Assembly: GCA_050942895.1 (NCBI GenBank)
Contig: JBMNOE010000012.1
Span: 1,064-65,063, forward strand
Origin: Christensenellales bacterium
Lineage (GTDB): Bacteria; Bacillota; Clostridia; Christensenellales; UBA1750
Length of the DNA: 64,000 nt
Direction of reading: 5' to 3'
Under the pieces are notes generated by a model that did no database searches, was not told where the DNA came from, and saw only the letters and a list, made by a program, of their open reading frames with translations. Below, in pieces: positions 35,892 to 45,022 of this stretch (its first letter is position 1; each line of letters starts with the position of its first letter). The position numbers were made by a program, and so were the translations under genes.

Positions 35892-37016
35892 ATGGAAGCT
35901 GTCAACATCCACCGACACAACCCGCCCCAGTGGTTTCGCCAGGCCGATTTCGGCATATTCATCCATTGGGGTCCGTCGAGCGTCCCTGCTTTCGCGCCGG
36001 TCGATGTGGACGATTATGCCACGTTGATGCGCGAGAAGCCACCGGAGTACATGTTTGCCAACATTCCCTATGCCGACTGGTACCAAAACAGCATGCGCAT
36101 CAAAGGCAGCCCGGCCAACCTTCATCACCAGGCGCGCTACGGTGACAAACCCTATGCCGACTTTGCGCAGACGTTTAAACAAACAGCCAAAAACGTGGAT
36201 GTGGAGCGCTGGGCCGCTCTGTTTGAGCAGGCGGGGGCAAAGTATGTGGTGGTTGTCAGCAAGCATCACGATGGCTTTGTGCTGTTTGACACCAATGTGC
36301 AAAACCCGAAAATGCCCGGCTATCATCTGGATTTTGACCATGTTGGGAATTTGGCTGCCGCCTGCCGCAAGCGGGGAATGCGCTTTGGCGTGTATTACTC
36401 CTCGCTGATCGACTGGACATTTACCAAACGCCCGATCGCAAGCCCGGCCGCACTGTTTTTGCAAAACGACAATTCCAAGCTCTATTGCGATTATTGCTAT
36501 AACCACTGGAAGGAGATCATCGACCGCTACAAGCCCGATGTGCTTTGGGGCGACATCGGCTATCCGACCGATCCGCGGTTGGAGGCGTTGTTCGCCTATT
36601 ATTACAATGCTGTGCCCGAAGGCGTAGTCAACGACCGCTGGGGGCAGTGGCCAAAATACCTGCGCAATCCCCTTGGCAAGGCGCTTATCAACAGCGCTGC
36701 AAAAAAGGTATTGCGCGAAAACACCGGCAAGCCGCTGGACACCAAGTATTATGATTTCCGCACCCTTGAATACACAGCGCAATGGGAGGAAAACGAGCTT
36801 TATTTCGAGGTCTGCCGCGGCATGGACAAATCATTCGGCTTTAACCGCGAAAGCCGCCTGAAGGACTATATCACGGCGCAGGAGGTGCGCGCCATCCTCG
36901 CTGAGATTGTCCCTAAAAAAGGCCGCTTGCTGCTTAACGTCGGCCCCGATTCCATGGGCGCAATCCCCGATTATCAGGTGCAAATTCTTAAAGAATTGGC
37001 AGGGCAGGTGCAATGA
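35892..37016 (+). CDS. GH29 alpha-L-fucosidase
   Basis: ..WFRQADFGIFIHWGPSSVPAF..YADWYQNSMRI..AGAKYVVVVSKHHDGFVLFDT..FGVYYS.. Confidence 0.85.
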   Translation: MEAVNIHRHNPPQWFRQADFGIFIHWGPSSVPAFAPVDVDDYATLMREKPPEYMFANIPYADWYQNSMRIKGSPANLHHQARYGDKPYADFAQTFKQTAKNVDVERWAALFEQAGAKYVVVVSKHHDGFVLFDTNVQNPKMPGYHLDFDHVGNLAAACRKRGMRFGVYYSSLIDWTFTKRPIASPAALFLQNDNSKLYCDYCYNHWKEIIDRYKPDVLWGDIGYPTDPRLEALFAYYYNAVPEGVVNDRWGQWPKYLRNPLGKALINSAAKKVLRENTGKPLDTKYYDFRTLEYTAQWEENELYFEVCRGMDKSFGFNRESRLKDYITAQEVRAILAEIVPKKGRLLLNVGPDSMGAIPDYQVQILKELAGQVQ

Positions 37017-37513
37017 CAAAGCAACAGAAGCAGTACATGGCGATTCAAGCTGTTATCTCGTTTTTTATCAATGGCATCCTCAACGGCGTCATCGCTTATT
37101 TTATGAACAGAAACAACCAAATCCAGGCCATCCCCATGGCTCAGAACTATGTCAACCTGATCATTGACATCGCCATCACGGCATTGATATTTGCCTGGAT
37201 TATTTCCTGGTCAGTCAACGCCAATCTCAAAAAGGCGAATCTACACGGCGTGCTGGAAGCCAAAACCAAGGGGCAGGCATGGATGAGCCGGCGTTTTAAG
37301 ACGCCCGCCCGCTATGGCTGGCTGCTGTGCATCATCATGATCCCGCTGTTGTATGCCCTCACCTGCCTTGGCCTTTGGATTTTTGGCGTCACGCATTTCA
37401 CTCTCTGGGGCTATGTGCTGTATAAAGCCGGCTACACCGCCATCATGGGCGCTGCCTTCACGCTTTTGTTTTTGTACAGCGGTTTTTATGCAGTTGCGGA
37501 TCATGCGGCATAG
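37013..37513 (+). CDS. Hypothetical 4-TM membrane protein
   Basis: ATGA overlap with the fucosidase stop. Hydrophobic segments are present (..AVISFFINGILNGVIAYF.., ..IIDIAITALIFAWIISW.., ..LLCIIMIPLLYALTCLGLWIF.., ..AIMGAAFTLLFLY..). Confidence 0.6.
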   Translation: MTKQQKQYMAIQAVISFFINGILNGVIAYFMNRNNQIQAIPMAQNYVNLIIDIAITALIFAWIISWSVNANLKKANLHGVLEAKTKGQAWMSRRFKTPARYGWLLCIIMIPLLYALTCLGLWIFGVTHFTLWGYVLYKAGYTAIMGAAFTLLFLYSGFYAVADHAA

Positions 37514-38331
37514 AAAAAAGCTACGCATAGATGAAAAGCGGGTGCTGTATGCCCCTAAGCTAAGGGTGGGTGGAATATAATATCGCTTAAAATGAATGGC
37601 GGCCAAGGATTCTCTTAGCATGTTGAGGATCGCGGTATTAAGCGCCTCAAAAGTCAGCAATATGCAGCTATAGAGCTGATAGAGCCCCCATAAAGGCTCC
37701 GCGCAAACATAGGCTCCGGCATTGCCGCGAAGTTCAAACAGGGCTTGCAATAATGGGTGCTTTAATTCGTTCATGTTTGGTCTTGACTCATTTGATGCTG
37801 CGCAAACGCTAATGTATGCAATCTTGAAAAGATGCTGGAGGGTACCCATGAGCCGAATCCCCGCGCGGAGGCTCCGCATCGGTGCGCCCCGCATCGCATC
37901 GTCCATGCTCGCAAGGACAGCATCGGGCGCTTCCCCTTAAAGCTGGCACGCGCAATCCGGGCTATTCTCCGGGCATATTCCAAGGGAACCGAGGTCGATC
38001 GCTTCAAAAGCCTTTCTCATCGTGTCGCTTTCGCTTACCAGCAGCCACCGATACACATTCATACTTCCTCTCATTTGCCGCTTTAATCCATTAGCAACAA
38101 TAAAAGATTGGGGCAATGCTCATCTGATATGGTGATGACGTAGAAACTTAGCACGGTGCAGTACATCGCCATCAAATAATTGTTTTACGGGAAAGTCTCT
38201 GCGCGCATTAGCCGCAACAGAAGCTTTCCCGCATATTTTTCTTGTTTCAAATTTAAGCAGCCCAGTTTTTGCGTTCTTTGCGTTCTTCACGTTTTTGCAT
38301 TTTTTGAGATATATCTGGCATTTCCGGCCCT

Positions 38332-40419
38332 CTATTCAAGCACAAATACGACCCCATCCTTTGCAGGAATGAATAACCCAAATACGCCGTTTGAGCTGCA
38401 AGTGACGCCCGATCCCCGCAGGATTTCGCCAAATCCGGTTGCAGAAGGTATTATTACCGTGACAGCGGCCTCTTCATCACCATGATTTATCGCCCAGGCG
38501 TAGCGGCGGCCATCTCCCTGGCTTATGCGGACCGTCACATTCTCATCGCTGACCCGTGCCATTTGCAAAACACCAGCCCTGCGGGTGATTTCACCGAACA
38601 GGGACAGCACCTCCTGCGGCGCGCTGCTGTCGAAGGCCTCCGAGGGAAAAGTGCCGATCAGTATGGTTTTACCTTCGCCATATTTGTGCTCGGCGGCGGC
38701 AATCCCTCCGTCTGAATATCGGGCCAGTTCCGTTGCGCCCATCAGAGTATACTTTTGCCGGAACAGCCCGCCCGGAATGTTTTTAATGCCGCTCTCTTTC
38801 CAATCGAAAAAGATGCGGTCCTTAAGGTCGGGCATAAACTCCACATCACACTCGCTCACTCCGAAAAGCCTGTCAAGGCCGTAATTTGGCTGCACGGTTC
38901 CGACGCGGCCGCCCTCGCCAAAATAGCCGGGCAATCCCTCGCAGATTAAGCATCCGCCTTTGCCCACCCAATCTTTCAGCCTAGCGGCATCGCTTTCTGA
39001 AAGGTGGATAGGGTATGGGAAGTAGAGCGCCCGATATCCGTCGATATCGTCAAAATGAACATAATCGGCCTGTATATTCCTGGCTTCAAACGCCCTGAAT
39101 GCTCCCCTTAAGCAGCGCATGTAAAAACGGCCTTCTCCTGCCTGCTGCATCAGGTTGTTAAAATCCTGAATCGCATCATGCACCACAAGCCCAATATCGC
39201 CCTTGACGGGCCGCGATGCCATCAACAGGCTGGTGCTGCTGTCATTCGCCCACTTTCCAACCTCTGAAGCGGCTTTTGAGCGGCAGTTTGGGGTTCCATC
39301 GTTTGAATAAAGGCCAAAGGCTCCGAACAACGGCCCATCAAGCAGCGAGCGCCATCTTGTCCAGATCAAGCCTCGGGCGCCTCCGGCAAGGGAAACAAGG
39401 CTCCACAGCCTTACATCGCCTGCCGTAGCGACCCTGCCGTCGGACTTCTCACGCCCGATCACCTGGGGCTGGAGCCACAAAGGACCGCCCTGCATCTCGG
39501 CATGCCAGAAATCCTTTCCCCGCGATGCGCCGCGTGTTCTGTCAACGGCCTCCCAATGCCGCCATTTTTCATTGCCGCGGCGGCAGGCCACAAAGGTAAA
39601 GCCGTATGACTCGACCAAAGAAGCGGCGATCCAGTCATCGGAGCCGCTGGCATAGGAGTCAACCGACCCGGAAACGCCATGGGCGGTTATTTTCGCATCG
39701 GGATCAACCGAGCGGATAATATCGATGCTCCAGCGCATATTTTCAAAGGCGCGCTCTTTGCAGAACTCCTGCCAATCCATGCTATCAGGAAACTGCGCCT
39801 GAACCTTTGGAGCCATGACCTGCTTCCAGTCGGTATAGCCGTATCGGCGCCAGGCGTCTGAAAGCGCTTCGAGAGAACCGTATTTAGCGCGCAGCCAGTC
39901 CCTGAAGCTTTCCTGGGTGGCGGGGCAGTGGCAGGTGCTGCGGGAATAGTGGCATTCGTTGTTGATATCATACCCGTAAAGCGCCGGATGCCCTTTGTAG
40001 CGGGAGGCCAGTGCACGCAGAAAATTGCCGGTGTATTGGCGAGCGTCGGAATTATCACAGCAGAGCCCGCCGGTGAATCCACCGGTTGCGGTCGAGTTCC
40101 CCATGCTGCTCAGCGTAACCGAGCCGTCTGCTTTTTGGCTCAACAGTTCGGGGCGCTCGTAATAGAGCCATTCCGGAAGGCTTTTTATCTCAGCGATAAT
40201 GGTGCGGATGCCGTATTTTGCGGCCAGCTCCATCTGCTTGTCATACTTCGACCAATCATATACACCGGGCCGAGTTTCGATTGCACTCCACAAAAACCAG
40301 TGGCGAAACAGATTCATGCCATCTGAAGCGGCCTGTGCGTAATCGCGCTCCCAGTCACCCTCTGGCGGATTGCTTCTTCGGTAGTATACTGCTCCGAATA
40401 CCGCCTGCGGTTTGTTCAT
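38332..40419 (-). CDS. GH42 beta-galactosidase
   Basis: ..YYRRSNPPEGDWERDYAQAASDGMNLFRHWFLWSAIETRPGVYDWSKYDKQMELAAKYGIRTII.. and the overall 695-aa length fit GH42. Confidence 0.85.
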   Translation of the reverse strand: MNKPQAVFGAVYYRRSNPPEGDWERDYAQAASDGMNLFRHWFLWSAIETRPGVYDWSKYDKQMELAAKYGIRTIIAEIKSLPEWLYYERPELLSQKADGSVTLSSMGNSTATGGFTGGLCCDNSDARQYTGNFLRALASRYKGHPALYGYDINNECHYSRSTCHCPATQESFRDWLRAKYGSLEALSDAWRRYGYTDWKQVMAPKVQAQFPDSMDWQEFCKERAFENMRWSIDIIRSVDPDAKITAHGVSGSVDSYASGSDDWIAASLVESYGFTFVACRRGNEKWRHWEAVDRTRGASRGKDFWHAEMQGGPLWLQPQVIGREKSDGRVATAGDVRLWSLVSLAGGARGLIWTRWRSLLDGPLFGAFGLYSNDGTPNCRSKAASEVGKWANDSSTSLLMASRPVKGDIGLVVHDAIQDFNNLMQQAGEGRFYMRCLRGAFRAFEARNIQADYVHFDDIDGYRALYFPYPIHLSESDAARLKDWVGKGGCLICEGLPGYFGEGGRVGTVQPNYGLDRLFGVSECDVEFMPDLKDRIFFDWKESGIKNIPGGLFRQKYTLMGATELARYSDGGIAAAEHKYGEGKTILIGTFPSEAFDSSAPQEVLSLFGEITRRAGVLQMARVSDENVTVRISQGDGRRYAWAINHGDEEAAVTVIIPSATGFGEILRGSGVTCSSNGVFGLFIPAKDGVVFVLE

Positions 40420-40461
40420 TCACCTCATCCTTTCCATATTATGTTTTTATCCTATGAAATC

Positions 40462-40632
40462 ATTATACCATGTTTGTCGGCGTGCAAATGACGGATTTTC
40501 CCGCCGATCCGCGGTTTCCTTCGGAAATTGCTAAACTTATTATACCGTGTTTGTCGGCGTGCAAATGACGGATTTTCCCCGCCGACCCGCAGTTTCCTTC
40601 GAAAATTGCTAAACTTATTATACCGTGTTTAC
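40462..40632. repeat. Tandem direct repeat, 77 + 78 bp plus a 16-bp partial third copy, in the GH42 promoter region
   Basis: The copies start at 40462, 40539 and 40617 and differ at about 5 positions. On the minus strand each copy ends in GGTATAAT. The gene-proximal copy reads TGGTATAAT (extended -10) ~43 nt from ATG 40419. Each unit contains the hairpins TCGGCG..CGCCGA and TTTCC-TTCG-GAAA. Confidence 0.9.
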
Positions 40633-41170
40633 CCACTTTCACCCACGGAAAGCGCATCACCAGTTGACGTACCAGCGGCTGTTATATGCGCCGTGACCAT
40701 CAGTCTCCCATGGCCTTTGCCTGCCCCATGTGTACGCCCGCCGGATACCTGCGAAACGCGATGATCACGGTTACCGGGCTATCCTACTAAATCTCCTCGA
40801 TAATATAATGAGTTAAACGGGATATTATCGATGAAAAATCCCTTGAACAAGAAAAATATCCTTTGTGTATTCTTCCCGAGGGCGGCGGCCCCCAATGCTT
40901 CATGTGGCTCTTTGCAGCGCAGCAATTCCTCCAATAGAACCGCTATTCCCTGCCGTCAGCCGACAGCTATCAAATTCGGATAGGATCGCTATCTTTAAGC
41001 ACATTTTTATGCTTGTTAATACTTATCAATAAGCTGCTGACAGCTCCCAGGGGCTTCTGCCTTTTCCTTGAAAGGAGGAGTCACTTTAAGAATTCCCTCT
41101 CTCATTTTCCCTTTCGCCAAAATAGCCAAACGTGGCCGCGCAAATCAGCTCTGGAAATGATGTGGAAGGC

Positions 41171-41198
41171 AGAAAAAGGGACGCCGCAGTGGCGTCCC
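41171..41198 (-). terminator. Rho-independent terminator of fucO
   Basis: On the minus strand GGGACGCC pairs with GGCGTCCC over a 5-nt loop, followed by TTTTTCT. Confidence 0.75.
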
Positions 41199-41223
41199 CG
41201 AATTGTTTTTGAGCTAAACCCTT

Positions 41224-42375
41224 TTATTTCAGCAGCGAGAGATAGAGCCCTATGATGTCCTCCACGCTGGTTTCCTTGGGATTGCCCGGGCGGCAGGCAT
41301 CGTCAAATGCGGACTGGGCAAGGAAGGGTATGTCCTCCTTTTTCACTATCGAATTAAGATCCTCGGGAATGCCCACATCCTTTGAAAGCTGCTTAACGGC
41401 ATCTATAGCGGCCTTGCGGTATTCCTCCTGAGTCATACTTCCTGTGCCGGCAACGCCCATGGCCTGGGCAATATACCTGTATTTATCCCCCGTTGCTTCG
41501 GCGTTATATTCCATAACGGTCGGCAAAATGATGGCGTTTGCAATGCCGTGGGCAGTATCATAAAGAGCGCCCAGAGGATGCGCCATGGAGTGGACGATGC
41601 CAAGGCCGACGTTTGAAAAGCCCATTCCGGCGATATACTGGCCCAGCGCCATGCCCTCGAAGCCCTGAGCGTCCCCAGCGCAGGCATTTCGCAGATGCTT
41701 TGACACCAGCTCAATCGCCTTCAGGTGGAACATGTCGGAAAGCTCCCAGGCGCCGGCGGTGATGTAGCCCTCGATGGCGTGGGTCAGTGCGTCCATCCCT
41801 GTGGCGGCGGTGAGAGACTTGGGCATTGTGGCCATCATGTCCGGGTCAACTACCGCGACGATGGGAATATCATGGGGGTCCACGCAGACCATCTTCCTAT
41901 TGTTTTCTGCATCGGTGATGACATAGTTTATAGTAACCTCGGCGGCTGTTCCCGCTGTCGTCGGCACGGCGATCAACGGTGCGCTGGGATTCTTCGTGGG
42001 GGCCACCCCCTCCAGGCTGCGCACATCGCTAAACTCCGGATTGGTGATTATGATTCCCACAGCCTTGGCCGCGTCGATGGAGGAACCTCCGCCTATGGCG
42101 ATCAGATAATCCGCGCCGGCCTTTTTATAGGCTTCAACCCCCGCCTGCACATTCTCTATGCTGGGGTTGGCCTTTATGTCTGAAAAAACCTCGTAGGGCA
42201 GCTTTGCATTGTCCAGCACATCCAGAACCTTCTGGGAAACCCCGAATTTGATGAGATCCGGATCGGTGCAGACAAGCGCCTTCTTAAACCCCCTTGCGAT
42301 AACCTCGTCCTTGATATGTTGTATAGCTCCTGAACCATGATAGGATGTTTCGTTTAAAATGAACCTTGCAGCCAT
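41224..42375 (-). CDS. fucO: Lactaldehyde reductase (L-1,2-propanediol oxidoreductase), iron-containing alcohol dehydrogenase
   Basis: It aligns end to end, by eye, with E. coli FucO. Shared stretches include ILNET..G, GADYLIAIGGGS, NPEF.DVRSLEG, PTTAGTAAEVTINYVITD, VCVDPHDIP, ATG.DALTHAIEGYIT.GAW and MALGQY.AGMGFSNVGLG.VH.MAHPLGA. Confidence 0.9.
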   Translation of the reverse strand: MAARFILNETSYHGSGAIQHIKDEVIARGFKKALVCTDPDLIKFGVSQKVLDVLDNAKLPYEVFSDIKANPSIENVQAGVEAYKKAGADYLIAIGGGSSIDAAKAVGIIITNPEFSDVRSLEGVAPTKNPSAPLIAVPTTAGTAAEVTINYVITDAENNRKMVCVDPHDIPIVAVVDPDMMATMPKSLTAATGMDALTHAIEGYITAGAWELSDMFHLKAIELVSKHLRNACAGDAQGFEGMALGQYIAGMGFSNVGLGIVHSMAHPLGALYDTAHGIANAIILPTVMEYNAEATGDKYRYIAQAMGVAGTGSMTQEEYRKAAIDAVKQLSKDVGIPEDLNSIVKKEDIPFLAQSAFDDACRPGNPKETSVEDIIGLYLSLLK

Positions 42376-42404
42376 GATAATACCTCCTTTGTTAATTATT
42401 TAAC

Positions 42405-42433
42405 ATTGTACCATTTTCATGTAAAATTTACAA
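42405..42433 (-). promoter_or_regulatory. fucO promoter
   Basis: The minus strand has TTGTAA (42428-42433), a 17-nt spacer, and TACAAT (42405-42410) preceded by TGG (extended -10). Confidence 0.6.
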
Positions 42434-42701
42434 TACCTCAGGGCACTGAACGCAGGTTTTTTTATTTTAAAACCCAATCAGCCCAAGCCAAAAGGCCAGA
42501 CTTCAGCTCAGATTGCAGTTTTTCTTCTTCAAAACGCTTGTATATAACCTAATTTTTATATTTATATTTAAAATGCTTTTAAATCTATTTGCTTTTTTAA
42601 CGAGCGCGACGAAAAATCCGCCCGATCATTAGCAAAAACATATTGACATATTTTGTGTAAATATTCTTTTGTATTTTTTATGAGACCGCCGCCCAAAGAT
42701 A

Positions 42702-42710
42702 TGCTATAAT
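42702..42710 (+). promoter_or_regulatory. Extended -10 element (TGCTATAAT) upstream of the flavodoxin-like gene
   Basis: TG at 42702-42703 and TATAAT at 42705-42710. The implied transcription start near 42717 favours ATG 42742 as the start codon. Confidence 0.45.
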
Positions 42711-42741
42711 AGATGGATAAATGGTTAGAAAGGGTAAGGCC

Positions 42742-43314
42742 ATGAAAACTCTTATAATCAACGGCTCTCCCAGAAGAAGGGGAGATTCCTACGCGCTTTT
42801 GACCAAAATAAAGGAAAATCTTAAGGGCGATATCGACGAGGTTTTCGCCTATTATGACAGAATCACCCCCTGCGTTGACTGCCGCCGCTGCTGGCAGCAG
42901 CCCGGCTGTGTGTTCATTGATGATATGGACAGGGTGTATGCCGACGATTATGACTCCGTGATAATCGCCTCACCCCTTTATATGTCCGGCCTCACAGGCC
43001 CTCTGGTCAGCCTGGCCAGCCGATTCCAGTGCCGCTATGCTCAAAAGCGCTTTTTAAAGCAAGATTTGAACCTGCGCCCCAAAACAGGAGCCTTGATAAT
43101 CACCGGCGGAGGCGACGGCAAAACGGGCCATGCCATAAGCCTCGCCAAATGGATGTTCAAACACATGAACGCAAACCTTCCGGAAGAAAACATAATACTT
43201 TCAATGAACACCGATGAAAGCCCCGCCAGAGACGATGTCGCCGCCCTAAAAAAGGCTGGGGAGACCGCCATTCGCCTGAATGCGGCTAACTGCAAGGCCC
43301 AAGGCAACCGCTGA
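42742..43314 (+). CDS. Flavodoxin-family / NAD(P)H-dependent FMN reductase-like protein (iron-sulfur flavoprotein-like)
   Basis: MKTLIINGSPRRRGDSYALL..CVDCRRCWQQPGCVFIDDM..DSVIIASPLYMSGLTGPL.. Confidence 0.75.
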   Translation: MKTLIINGSPRRRGDSYALLTKIKENLKGDIDEVFAYYDRITPCVDCRRCWQQPGCVFIDDMDRVYADDYDSVIIASPLYMSGLTGPLVSLASRFQCRYAQKRFLKQDLNLRPKTGALIITGGGDGKTGHAISLAKWMFKHMNANLPEENIILSMNTDESPARDDVAALKKAGETAIRLNAANCKAQGNR

Positions 43315-43390
43315 AAGATGCATAAAACCCTTTGAGCATCCGCGAATCTGTTCTTTGCAGTGGTGGAAAACTTTTTTAATTTGGTGTAAA

Positions 43391-44041
43391 ATGGGCAATA
43401 AACTAACGCAGACAGGGGGCAAGCGCGTGATTACTTTGGAGAAAACAAGCGTATACAATCTTGAAAATGCATTAAGGGGCGCCCGTAACCCCATGAACAG
43501 TTGGGGCAGGATGGACAGCGCATACGACGAAAATGGCGATTACATTCTGGGCGAAGCCGACCTTACCCTTTTGACGCAGCTTTGCAGAGCCGGCAGCGAC
43601 CACAGGAAGTTCATGCGGCAGATCTTTTTAAGCGTGGATATCTGCGCTCCCCTTTACTGGTGGAAGGAGTTTGACACTTACAAGGTGGGCACAACGGCCA
43701 ACTCAACCAGCACCATGCACAAAATTCACAGCAAGCCCTTTGAGCCGGACGATTTCAGCCACGATAAAATGAGCGAAAGCACTCTGGCCGTATTGGAGAG
43801 TATAATCACCCATCTGGAGGTCGAGAGGAAGGCATTTGTCCAGACGAAGGACAAGGCGCATTGGTGGAATATGATACAATTGCTTCCCTCCAGCTACAAC
43901 CAACTTCGCACCTGCACCATGTCATATGAGAACCTGCGCAATATGTACCATGCCAGAAAGAGCCACAAGCTGGACGAATGGCGCGAGTACTGCCGCTGGG
44001 TGGAAGCCCTGCCGTATTCAAAGCAGCTCATAATCGGATGA
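43391..44041 (+). CDS. Conserved hypothetical protein, possibly a distant ThyX-like fold
   Basis: ..GARNPMNSWGRMDS..AGSDHRKFMRQIFLSVDICAPLYWWKEFDTYKVGTTANSTSTMH.. parallels the ThyX core layout but has no RHR..S motif. The start could also be a downstream GTG. Confidence 0.45.
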   Translation: MGNKLTQTGGKRVITLEKTSVYNLENALRGARNPMNSWGRMDSAYDENGDYILGEADLTLLTQLCRAGSDHRKFMRQIFLSVDICAPLYWWKEFDTYKVGTTANSTSTMHKIHSKPFEPDDFSHDKMSESTLAVLESIITHLEVERKAFVQTKDKAHWWNMIQLLPSSYNQLRTCTMSYENLRNMYHARKSHKLDEWREYCRWVEALPYSKQLIIG

Positions 44042-44147
44042 AAATCAGCGAGGATAGGCTGACGAAAAAAATAAAAGCGCCCTTGAATATGTAAATTGAA
44101 TATTCTTGGGCGCTTTAGTCTATGCCTTAAATAAAAGTCCTATACTA

Positions 44148-44966
44148 TTACCAGCAATCTCCATGTCTCCCCGGCGCATCCGGCGGATAAAGGGGCAGGC
44201 ATGGCACGGGCCGGCAATCGGGCAGAAGTCTTTCAGGTCTTCTTTGAGGCTTTTGCGGCGGCTCCTTGGGTCCCCAGCCGCAGCCGCTGTCAGGCTCGGG
44301 CGGCCCCAGCCACGGCATTGGGCTATGCGGTCTTTTGGGCGAACAAACAGGCGGGCAAACAGGCCTTTGAGGTGGGCAAACAGGCCTTTGGGGCGGGCAA
44401 ACAGGTGGGCAAATGGGCGGGGCAGGCAAGGATGGCCTGCAAGGGTCGGGGGCGCACCAATGCGGCGGGCGGAAAGGCGGGCAGGCGGGCTCGCAGCAGG
44501 GCGATTCCACCACCACGAAAAGCGCCGCGCAGACGGTCACCCTCATGGCGAACATGTTGTTTCCGCAGTATTCCACCGCAGAAACGATCGCTTGGTCAAT
44601 AAGCACCCGAAGATCATATGGCGCCACCTCCGGCACCCTCACAAGCACATCAAAGGGCAGCGAGATAATGCCTTCAACGCAAACGGTTCCTCGGGAGCAT
44701 TTTGTCTTGTATTCGATTCTAACTGGCGCCGTGATGCAGCCCGTGACCCTTTTCATCAGGGGTCTGCCCGGCACTGGACACATTGTTAAATCTTCCAGAC
44801 ACGGCTTGCATATGTCAATTTCAGCGCAGATCACGCATAGGTCATATGATATATCGCGCATCGGCTCTACATAAGCGTGCACGGTCTGATTTCTAAAGTT
44901 TACCGGAGCCCTGTCATATACTCGCAGGGACTGCGGCGAGCAGCAATTGGACGGGTTGAAATGCAT
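44148..44966 (-). CDS. Cys/Pro-rich repeat protein of unknown function
   Basis: A GGAGGG RBS precedes ATG 44966. The N-terminal ~165 aa form a Cys-containing domain. Then comes ..CCEPACPPFRPPHWCAPDPCRPSLPAPPICPPVCPPQRPVCPPQRPVCPPVCSPKRP.. and a Pro-rich tail. No signal peptide is obvious. Confidence 0.7.
   Translation of the reverse strand: MHFNPSNCCSPQSLRVYDRAPVNFRNQTVHAYVEPMRDISYDLCVICAEIDICKPCLEDLTMCPVPGRPLMKRVTGCITAPVRIEYKTKCSRGTVCVEGIISLPFDVLVRVPEVAPYDLRVLIDQAIVSAVEYCGNNMFAMRVTVCAALFVVVESPCCEPACPPFRPPHWCAPDPCRPSLPAPPICPPVCPPQRPVCPPQRPVCPPVCSPKRPHSPMPWLGPPEPDSGCGWGPKEPPQKPQRRPERLLPDCRPVPCLPLYPPDAPGRHGDCW
44353..44418. repeat. Intragenic tandem repeat (two 21-bp units plus two 12-bp partial units)
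   Basis: The units are GGGCAAACAGGCCTTTGAGGT, GGGCAAACAGGCCTTTGGGGC, GGGCAAACAGGT and GGGCAAATGGGC. On the coding strand they encode the PVCPPQR repeats. Confidence 0.8.
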
Positions 44967-45022
44967 GGGTATCCCTCCTACGCTACATTATATACATTTG
45001 ATAATCCCCGCGTGATTCAATA

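Noticed and set aside
35871-36782. 303-aa - strand ORF
   Set aside because: It lies entirely antisense to the well-supported GH29 fucosidase gene. It has no RBS and no family-like sequence, so it is a typical shadow ORF.
37560-38075. Possible decayed response-regulator/AraC-type gene on the - strand (MNVYRWLLVSESDTMRKAFEAIDLGSLGI.. with an in-frame stop; ORFs 37241..37906 and 37771..38007)
   Set aside because: The resemblance to receiver domains is faint and interrupted. Part of it overlaps the 4-TM protein gene. I cannot support it as a feature, and it is only mentioned as a possible lost local regulator.
40462-40632. Possible CRISPR array or minisatellite
   Set aside because: There are only 2.2 directly abutting 77/78-bp copies with no spacers and no cas genes nearby. 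The repeat content (a -10 element plus hairpins) fits a duplicated promoter region.
40640-41170. 530-bp gene-less stretch between the tandem repeat and the fucO terminator, examined for a regulator gene or RNA
   Set aside because: It holds only short, motif-less ORFs on both strands, and I found no convincing promoter/terminator pair or repeat structure by eye.
44106-44874. Arg/Gly/Ala-rich + strand ORFs (227, 133 and 153 aa)
   Set aside because: They are antisense shadows of the Cys/Pro-rich repeat gene. The - strand ORF has an ATG with a GGAGGG RBS, whereas the + strand ORFs have a non-ATG start or no RBS, and low-complexity sequence dictated by the repeats.
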